This document shows, in pieces, positions 57,826-64,000 of a DNA stretch of 64,000 bases (its first letter is position 1; every line of letters begins with the position of its first letter). Source of the DNA: a bacterium (GTDB lineage: Bacteria; Calditrichota; Calditrichia; RBG-13-44-9); NCBI GenBank assembly GCA_020350205.1, contig CP070707.1:3163563-3227562 (forward strand), read 5' to 3'. Both the position numbers and the translations under genes were made by a program. A model generated the notes under the pieces. It made no database searches. It had not been told where the DNA came from and was given only the letters and a program-made list of their open reading frames with translations.

Positions 57826-59643
57826 CTATTTAATATTTGAGATTGAAATTCCGCTTTGTAGATACCGGGGCAGGCTTTTTTCGGAAGTATAATGCTGACT
57901 GAGTAATCGAACCAATAAGGAGTAGATACCTTCATGCCGCATTGTACTCGGTTGCTCCGGGTTCAGCAATAACCCTGTGGAAAATCCATACTCCTGTAAT
58001 GAAAATAGAAATTCCTGGTCCTGAGAGATGACATGAAGGGGGGTAGCAAAACTGGGATTTTCCTCTGTTATAATGGGAGGTTGATGATCTCCCAGTATGA
58101 CAATGATACTGTTAGGATTGATTTCATTCAGAATGAAATCCCGGATCATTTTAATTTCATAAATCATATGCTCCAGATATTCATTAATGCCGGTGCCGGT
58201 AGAAATGTTTAATTTAAAAGTTTCCTGAAGTTTTTCAGAAGTGTGCTGATATTTTTCCTGTAGTTGTGCACGGTTTATGGCTTGGATATCACGCCAGTTT
58301 TCCGCATAGGGGGGGAGATCTAACCAGGGAGAATGTGAACTAACCGTGAGAAAAAACAGAAAGCAGGGTTTCCCTGCTTTTTGCAGAAATTTTTCATTGG
58401 CATAATTCAGGCTGTATTGGTCTGGAATATTCCTGAAACCAAAAGCCGGGCCGTCAAAATCCAAATCCTCAAAATTGATCAGTGTTTGATATTGATAAAA
58501 TTTTTCATAACTGTTCATGGAAAATCCCGGTCTTACCCGGTTCAGCGGTTGTAATGCAAAAGTATGGTATCCTTGTATATTAAAGAAATGAACCATGTGA
58601 GGATAATTGCGTGTACGGTTGATCAAAAATGAATATACAGCTTCGTCTTTAATATGGATGCCGGTGATAAAGGATCCCATTGTAAGCCAGGAACGACCAC
58701 CAAAAATGGGGGCTTCGCTGAAAGTGCTGTATGCGTTCCACCTTTCTCCGGATAGCGTATCTTCTACACTTTTCATCCAGTGAGTGTATACTTCTCGGCT
58801 CTGGGGATGATCCAGCAGAATTCTACCATAGGATTCCACCAAAAAGATATAGATATCCGGCCGTTGTTCAAGCCGGATGTTGCGGTAATGATAATAGGTT
58901 GAATCTGCTGGAGAATCTGTTATACTATGCAGAAAACTGCGCAGTTTAAATGATTTTTCAACAGTGCTCACGATTTTTGGACTTATCCAGTGGATGGTGG
59001 TACGATAATCACTAAAATTGAACCAGAGGTTATTGATTATGATAATGAATCCTATTGAAATTCCAATTATCATGAATTTTCGGGAATGCATAAACCGCCT
59101 GAATCCGTCGCGAATGCCATGAAACAGAAAGGGAATGACTGAGAATACAATCCCTAAAATCAACACCACCAGCATCATTTCGAAGAGCTTTTTGGTTAAG
59201 GAAATATCAATGATCAGGTAAAATGCCCCTTTGAGTAACATGAGATCGTTGTATAAAATTGGCGGTTCGCCGAATAGCAGAATCATGAGATTGTGATAAA
59301 TCTGAAAAGTGAGTAGAAAAATATAACTGCCGGTTATAAATCGATAGATCCAGGCGGACCAGTTAAGTTTAAGACTAACGAACAAAAGAACCAGTATGAG
59401 ATAGTATTCCGCTATCAGCCTGAAGAAATCCTGATTCTCGCGGCGCAGGAAAAAAAGCAAGGTATCGTACCATCCCCGCGGTGCATCCAGCGGGGGAAGG
59501 GGAATCCAGGAAACCTGGGCCGGAGAGAATAGCGTCTGGGGCAGAAAAAGGAGGATGTTGAGTAAAATCAGGGAGAACCAGAAGAAGACCGGATTTTCCT
59601 TCAGCTGGGATAGAAATCGTTTCAGTTTTTGGAGTGAATCCAT
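57826..59643 (-). CDS. membrane-anchored alkaline-phosphatase-superfamily transferase (LtaS/MdoB-like sulfatase-fold)
   Basis: About 5 N-terminal TM helices, then an extracytoplasmic ~400-aa domain with TVSSHSPW and ILGDHQPP motifs reminiscent of LTA-synthase/phosphoglycerol-transferase enzymes. Confidence 0.5.
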   Translation of the reverse strand: MDSLQKLKRFLSQLKENPVFFWFSLILLNILLFLPQTLFSPAQVSWIPLPPLDAPRGWYDTLLFFLRRENQDFFRLIAEYYLILVLLFVSLKLNWSAWIYRFITGSYIFLLTFQIYHNLMILLFGEPPILYNDLMLLKGAFYLIIDISLTKKLFEMMLVVLILGIVFSVIPFLFHGIRDGFRRFMHSRKFMIIGISIGFIIIINNLWFNFSDYRTTIHWISPKIVSTVEKSFKLRSFLHSITDSPADSTYYHYRNIRLEQRPDIYIFLVESYGRILLDHPQSREVYTHWMKSVEDTLSGERWNAYSTFSEAPIFGGRSWLTMGSFITGIHIKDEAVYSFLINRTRNYPHMVHFFNIQGYHTFALQPLNRVRPGFSMNSYEKFYQYQTLINFEDLDFDGPAFGFRNIPDQYSLNYANEKFLQKAGKPCFLFFLTVSSHSPWLDLPPYAENWRDIQAINRAQLQEKYQHTSEKLQETFKLNISTGTGINEYLEHMIYEIKMIRDFILNEINPNSIIVILGDHQPPIITEENPSFATPLHVISQDQEFLFSLQEYGFSTGLLLNPEQPSTMRHEGIYSLLVRLLSQHYTSEKSLPRYLQSGISISNIK

Positions 59644-60326
59644 ACCAGGTCTCTTCCGAATGAATAAAGTAACAAAATTGTGGCAATCACCACTGCGGGT
59701 TTATATAACCAGGGTACAGGAAGAAAAGCAGCCAATAGAACGCCGATGACATAAACAAAGATATAACGGCCCCATTTGAATCGTCTTTCTTTCTTGTCCC
59801 GTTCTCCCAGAATGAATAAATAAACAATGAAAAGGTAGCGAAGCAAACCTAAAATAACTGTCCAGGGCCATAATAAGGATTTCAAGATGGCTATCATGAC
59901 CCAGATGTGAAGGAAATAAGCGTCGGTTTCTTTATCAAAATATTCTCCGAACATTGAAGATTCATTTCGATCTCGGGCCAGCATCCCGTCCAGGCCGTCT
60001 GCAATCAGAATAATAAGACCGAAACCGGCGATAAAAATGTTTGGAATTTTCAGGTAAAAAAGGGCAGTGACTGAAATTAGGAAAAGACGACCGAAAGTGA
60101 GTAAGTTGCCCAGACCAAAACGGGTGGTGGGAGTCCATTGATTTTTCTCTCTGAGTACAAGGAATAAAAAAGAGAAATTTCCAATTAACACCAGCAAAAG
60201 CAACGAATGGGTGATAAAACTGATTAACGTTGCGATTAAAATGAGTACCGCATGGAGATTGGTCCAATTGCGAAATCGGTTCCCCATGTGTTGATCCTGT
60301 GATGAAAAGCTATGTTTATTCATCAT
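59622..60326 (-). CDS. CDP-alcohol phosphatidyltransferase family protein
   Basis: DGLDGMLARDRNESSMFGEYFDKETDAY fits D-G-x2-A-R-x8-G-x3-D-x3-D exactly; polytopic membrane protein; 234 aa. Confidence 0.8.
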   Translation of the reverse strand: MMNKHSFSSQDQHMGNRFRNWTNLHAVLILIATLISFITHSLLLLVLIGNFSFLFLVLREKNQWTPTTRFGLGNLLTFGRLFLISVTALFYLKIPNIFIAGFGLIILIADGLDGMLARDRNESSMFGEYFDKETDAYFLHIWVMIAILKSLLWPWTVILGLLRYLFIVYLFILGERDKKERRFKWGRYIFVYVIGVLLAAFLPVPWLYKPAVVIATILLLYSFGRDLVWIHSKN

Positions 60327-60367
60327 TTTTAACTTGAATTAATTTAACTGATTCATGATGGGAATAA

Positions 60368-61207
60368 TTAAAATCCGAGTGTCATAAAGGTAATACCCAC
60401 CAGAATCCCAAAGATTACATTGAAGCTTTTGATGACCAAGGAGTTTTTTACGGAATAGGATAAAAGCGGAATCAGTCCATGCCCGTTTTGGATGATAGAG
60501 GAAGTCAACAGTACACTGAACGGGATTAGTCCATCGCTGAACATGAAAACAAAAATAAACTGCGGTGCTACATCCGGAATCAAACCCACCAGAACAGCCA
60601 GTAAAAGTACCAACTGAGGGTGGGCGCTGACGAAACCCCGCAGATCAAAATAGTGTTCGCCCAGGTGAACAAACCAGATGGCCAGGAAGGTCCAGATGAA
60701 GATACGCCATATATGTTTTTTTAAAATATGAGACCAGAGGTGTTCTCTGAGATAATGTTTGAAGGAAGTTTCATCCCGGTGGTATACGATATCTTCGCAT
60801 TCACATTTATCATCTATTTTAAATAAGCGGATAATAAAATCGGTGATATAAGCGAAAAAAATTCCCAATCCAACCAGGAGCAGGTGCAGAATCAGGGCAG
60901 TTTTTGGAAAGAGGGCAAACATTAAGAGTGCTGCTTCACCGGTGGTGGCGATCATGCCGCCTACAATCGCTCCCATGGTCAGATAACCGTGCATGTACAG
61001 TGAGACATTCATATAACTTCCCATACATCCCGGGGTAAGACCCAAAAGCCCGGCCACTGTATATTGTTTCATTTTACTATCGGCAATCCAGGAGGGTAAA
61101 CGTCCACGGGTTCGGACATCCAACCAGTCAATAATCACCATCATAACAAAAACCAGGCCGGTAATCTGCAGGGCATGCAGGATAATGTCGGGTTCAAATA
61201 GACTCAT
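60368..61207 (-). CDS. polytopic membrane protein of unknown function
   Basis: 279 aa with about 8 predicted TM helices and a central Cys/His-rich cytoplasmic loop (DDKCECEDIVYHRDETSFKHYLREH). It is co-directional with the lipid-type genes upstream. Confidence 0.5.
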   Translation of the reverse strand: MSLFEPDIILHALQITGLVFVMMVIIDWLDVRTRGRLPSWIADSKMKQYTVAGLLGLTPGCMGSYMNVSLYMHGYLTMGAIVGGMIATTGEAALLMFALFPKTALILHLLLVGLGIFFAYITDFIIRLFKIDDKCECEDIVYHRDETSFKHYLREHLWSHILKKHIWRIFIWTFLAIWFVHLGEHYFDLRGFVSAHPQLVLLLAVLVGLIPDVAPQFIFVFMFSDGLIPFSVLLTSSIIQNGHGLIPLLSYSVKNSLVIKSFNVIFGILVGITFMTLGF

Positions 61208-61474
61208 CAGCTGTGTCTTCTAATTTATATGGGTTCAACTTTAGATGATTCCGGATAGATTTCGTTACGATTTTCCATTTACTGAGATCAAACTTCAGAT
61301 GAGTTCAACGGATTTATCGAACAGAAAAAATTAGCATGATCCCAAACCATTTCAAAGTCATTTAATCAATAACAATTCTGCTACTGCAAAATATTATCAT
61401 GTTTGTAACTTTAGCAGGATTTTATCGTCCTACTAAAGATTACACACATAACACTTATTCAAAAGGAGAAGCAT

Positions 61475-63487
61475 ATGAAATACCGCAGAACAATTTGGTT
61501 TCATGGTGTGCTGGTTTTGGCTTTTGCCGCGGTCATTGTAACTGCAGGTCAATTTGGAATTCTTTTTGCCCAAGAAAATGAGGTGGCTGAATTCAGGACA
61601 TATTGTGAGGAAGGACTTGTTGAAGCACGTCAGCTTTTTCAAAAACTGGAACAATATGAGGGACCAAAAACTGTAAAAACCGTGCTTGAGCCGTTGAACG
61701 AAATCTGGATCACGATGGATCATCCTGGCAATCTCTCCGGATTATATCAATCAGTTCACCCTGATCCCGAAATGCGTGCAGTGGCTGAAGAATACGATCA
61801 GAAATTCTCAAAGCTGGTAACCGAAATTAAAATGTCCCGTCCGCTTTATGATGCTGTATCGCAGGTGGATATATCCACTGCAGATCCCAAGACTCGTCGT
61901 TTTGTTGAAAAAACCCTGTTGAATTTCAGACGAGCCGGCGTGGACAAAGATCCTCAGACGCGGGAAAAGATAAAAACATTGCAGGAAGAATTAGTGATCA
62001 TCGGTCAGGATTTTGAAAAGAATATAAGGGAGGATGTGCGCTCCATTCAATTGAACTCGGTCGCTGATTTAAAGGGTCTGCCGGAGGATTTTATTCAATC
62101 CCATCAGCCCGATGCTGACGGGAAAATTAACATCACAACCGATTATCCGGATTATTTGCCTTTTATCAGCTATGCCGAATCGGATGAATATCGCTTCGAA
62201 TTATATAAAAAATATCGATCCCGTGGTCATCCCCAGAATGAGGAAGTTCTGAAAAATATGCTGCAGAAAAGATACGAACTGGCGCAGCTGCTGGGCTATG
62301 ATACTTATGCGGACTATGTCACAGAAGATAAGATGATCAAAAATCCGCAAGCCGCGCAGGATTTCATCAATAAAGTAGCCGATGCGGCTGATTCACGCGC
62401 AAAAGAAGAATACACCGCTTTGCTCAATCGGTTGCAGCAGGATATGCCGGAGGCGGAAAAAGTGACGCCCTGGCAGAAAACCTATCTGGCAGAACTGGTG
62501 AAAGCCGAATCTTTCGATATCGACTCCCGGGAGGTGCGCAAGTATTTTCCTTATGATCGGGTGAAGGAAGGATTATTCGACCTGACTTCCCAGATGTACC
62601 AGGTTACCTATAAAAAAGTCGATACCACCGTCTGGCATCCGAGTGTTGAAGTCTATGAAATTTGGGACGAAACTGGCCTGGTGGGTAAATTCTATCTGGA
62701 CATGCATCCCCGTAAAGATAAGTATAAACACGCCATGATGACCGAAGTGGTCTGTGGTATTCAAGGTCAGACTGCACCGGAAGCCGCGCTGGTATGTAAT
62801 TTCCCGGGTGGGGATGACAGCGATGGCTTGATGCAGCATGATCAGGTGGGGACATTTTTTCATGAGTTCGGACATCTCTTACACCACATTTTTGGTGGAC
62901 ATCAACCCTGGATGAATATAACCGGCATCACTACAGAGTGGGATTTTGTGGAAACACCTTCGACGTTGTTTGAGGAGTGGATCTGGAATGCCGACATTTT
63001 GAAGACTTTTGCGGTGAGTCCTGCGGGGCAGACCATTCCGGATGAGCTAATCCGGAAAATGAACCGGGCGCGGCTGTTTAATGAAGGTCTGGGCATCAAG
63101 CAACAGATGTTTTATGCCGCGATATCCTTAAACTTTTATAATCGGGATGCGGTCTCCTTCGATCCGCTTCAGAAAGTGATCGAGTTACAAAGCAACTACA
63201 CTCCCTTTCAATATGTTGACGATACCTATATGCACCTCTCTTTCGGCCATTTGTATGATTATTCCGCTATTTATTACACCTACATGTGGTCCGAAGTCAT
63301 TGCCAAGGACCTCTTCAGCGTTTTTCAGGCAGGTGGTCTGAAGAACCCGGGGGTGGCGGTTAAATATCGAAAAACAATTCTGGATCCCGGAGGCTCAAAA
63401 GAGGCAGCGAGAATGGTGAAGGAATTTCTGGGACGGGACTACTCCTTTGAAGCATTCAAGAATTGGCTGAACGGAGACAATATATAA
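61475..63487 (+). CDS. M3-family zinc metallopeptidase (oligopeptidase A / dipeptidyl carboxypeptidase-like)
   Basis: FHEFGHLLHH HExxH motif with the downstream E ligand region (FVETPSTLFEEW); 670 aa; signal/TM at the N-terminus. Confidence 0.85.
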   Translation: MKYRRTIWFHGVLVLAFAAVIVTAGQFGILFAQENEVAEFRTYCEEGLVEARQLFQKLEQYEGPKTVKTVLEPLNEIWITMDHPGNLSGLYQSVHPDPEMRAVAEEYDQKFSKLVTEIKMSRPLYDAVSQVDISTADPKTRRFVEKTLLNFRRAGVDKDPQTREKIKTLQEELVIIGQDFEKNIREDVRSIQLNSVADLKGLPEDFIQSHQPDADGKINITTDYPDYLPFISYAESDEYRFELYKKYRSRGHPQNEEVLKNMLQKRYELAQLLGYDTYADYVTEDKMIKNPQAAQDFINKVADAADSRAKEEYTALLNRLQQDMPEAEKVTPWQKTYLAELVKAESFDIDSREVRKYFPYDRVKEGLFDLTSQMYQVTYKKVDTTVWHPSVEVYEIWDETGLVGKFYLDMHPRKDKYKHAMMTEVVCGIQGQTAPEAALVCNFPGGDDSDGLMQHDQVGTFFHEFGHLLHHIFGGHQPWMNITGITTEWDFVETPSTLFEEWIWNADILKTFAVSPAGQTIPDELIRKMNRARLFNEGLGIKQQMFYAAISLNFYNRDAVSFDPLQKVIELQSNYTPFQYVDDTYMHLSFGHLYDYSAIYYTYMWSEVIAKDLFSVFQAGGLKNPGVAVKYRKTILDPGGSKEAARMVKEFLGRDYSFEAFKNWLNGDNI

Positions 63488-63516
63488 CTCATTAAGTAAT
63501 AACCGGCTTATTATAA

Positions 63517-63553
63517 ATCCCGCGCGCTGTGTTTCAGGTGCGGGATTTTTTAT
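63517..63553 (+). terminator. rho-independent terminator after the M3 peptidase gene
   Basis: ATCCCGC...GCGGGAT GC-rich stem of 7+ bp with an internal loop, followed by TTTTTT. Confidence 0.7.
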
Positions 63554-63575
63554 TATATCAGAATGGTCCACCCTT

Positions 63576-63768
63576 GTCATTCCCGAATGTTTCAGTCGGC
63601 TTCTCATCCGGCTTTAGACGGAGGATCTACTTATGTCCCTCCCTGGAGCCTGGTTCCTCCCGAAGGGACCACTTTGTGGCCTCAATCCCTGACGGGACGA
63701 TAGTAAACACCCAACCTGTCATTCCCGCAATCCCCCAAACTTTCATCCCCGAATGTTTCTGTCGGGGA
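63576..63768. repeat. two degenerate direct copies of a GTCATTCCCG...CCCGAATGTTTC(A/T)GTCGG hairpin-containing unit
   Basis: Copy 1 runs 63576-63600 and copy 2 runs 63718-63768. Copy 2 carries a ~23-nt internal duplication and a clean CCCCGA-9nt-TCGGGG hairpin. Both are in non-coding DNA after the peptidase terminator, and they share the GTCATTCC(C)G head with the 14276 element. Confidence 0.4.
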
Positions 63769-64000
63769 TCTATTTTATAAAAAAATACCAAAGATGGGAT
63801 CAGGATCACAAAAACAAAGGATTTTCTCAATATTTTAGGATATATTTTGTATTCGAGGAAGTTCATCTTTAACTTCCTCTTCCCAGTTTAAGGATCATGA
63901 CCATAGGAAAGTGTGTCCAGTGGCTTATATCTATCTCATTATTTCGATAAACATGGCGATTGCCTCCTTTATCATGATTCAGCATCGTAACAAAATGGTT

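Noticed and set aside
57822-57935. Extended N-terminus for the minus-strand methyltransferase (ORF open to 57935)
   Set aside because: The extension would overlap the upstream LtaS-like gene by 110 bp, and it precedes the conserved methyltransferase core. The internal Met at 57821 gives a conventional 4-bp intergenic spacing.

Overview
This is a single, densely coding 64-kb chromosomal segment of roughly 42% GC, with about 55 protein genes on both strands. I saw no rRNA, tRNA, CRISPR array, transposase or integrase. The gene content includes a T9SS C-terminal sorting domain, DUF3943, a BshA-like GT4 glycosyltransferase, ptb-buk and RNase Y. Many starts carry strong AGGAGG/GGAGG ribosome-binding sites. 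Together these suggest a non-Bacteroidia member of the FCB superphylum (Ignavibacteria/Calditrichota/Marinimicrobia-like), probably anaerobic or microaerophilic; the lineage call is inference. Housekeeping genes present are radA, rny, gap-pgk-tpiA, der, add, malic enzyme, the AmmeMemoRadiSam A/B pair and an NfeD-stomatin pair. Signalling genes are a REC-GAF-GGDEF diguanylate cyclase, a hybrid REC-histidine kinase and an orphan REC. The observations most worth follow-up are: (i) a redox/envelope island at 39.3-46.9 kb, whose centrepiece is an outer-membrane beta-barrel protein with a single N-terminal CxxCH motif. It is translationally coupled to a periplasmic pentaheme cytochrome c, which gives a candidate Cyc2-like fused cytochrome-porin electron conduit. 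The island also carries a copper chaperone, a flavodiiron protein and three further outer-membrane proteins. (ii) A 1033-aa outer-membrane protein fusing an HExxH domain, a TolB-like PD40 propeller and an Omp85-type barrel. (iii) A 1016-aa secreted protein of unknown function. (iv) A cluster pairing a RibD-C-type reductase, an MDR dehydrogenase, a Cys-less PTPS/QueD-like protein, a GT4 and two SAM methyltransferases, suggesting a modified GTP-derived metabolite. (v) A minus-strand lipid head-group cluster of methyltransferase, LtaS-like transferase, CDP-alcohol phosphatidyltransferase and a membrane protein. (vi) Orphan PTS EIIC-EIID-HPr genes with no EIIA/EIIB. (vii) Short interspersed GTCATTCC(C)G-type repeats, including a MITE-like element with 9-bp terminal inverted repeats. 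All functional calls rest on motif and domain recognition by eye; no database search was run.
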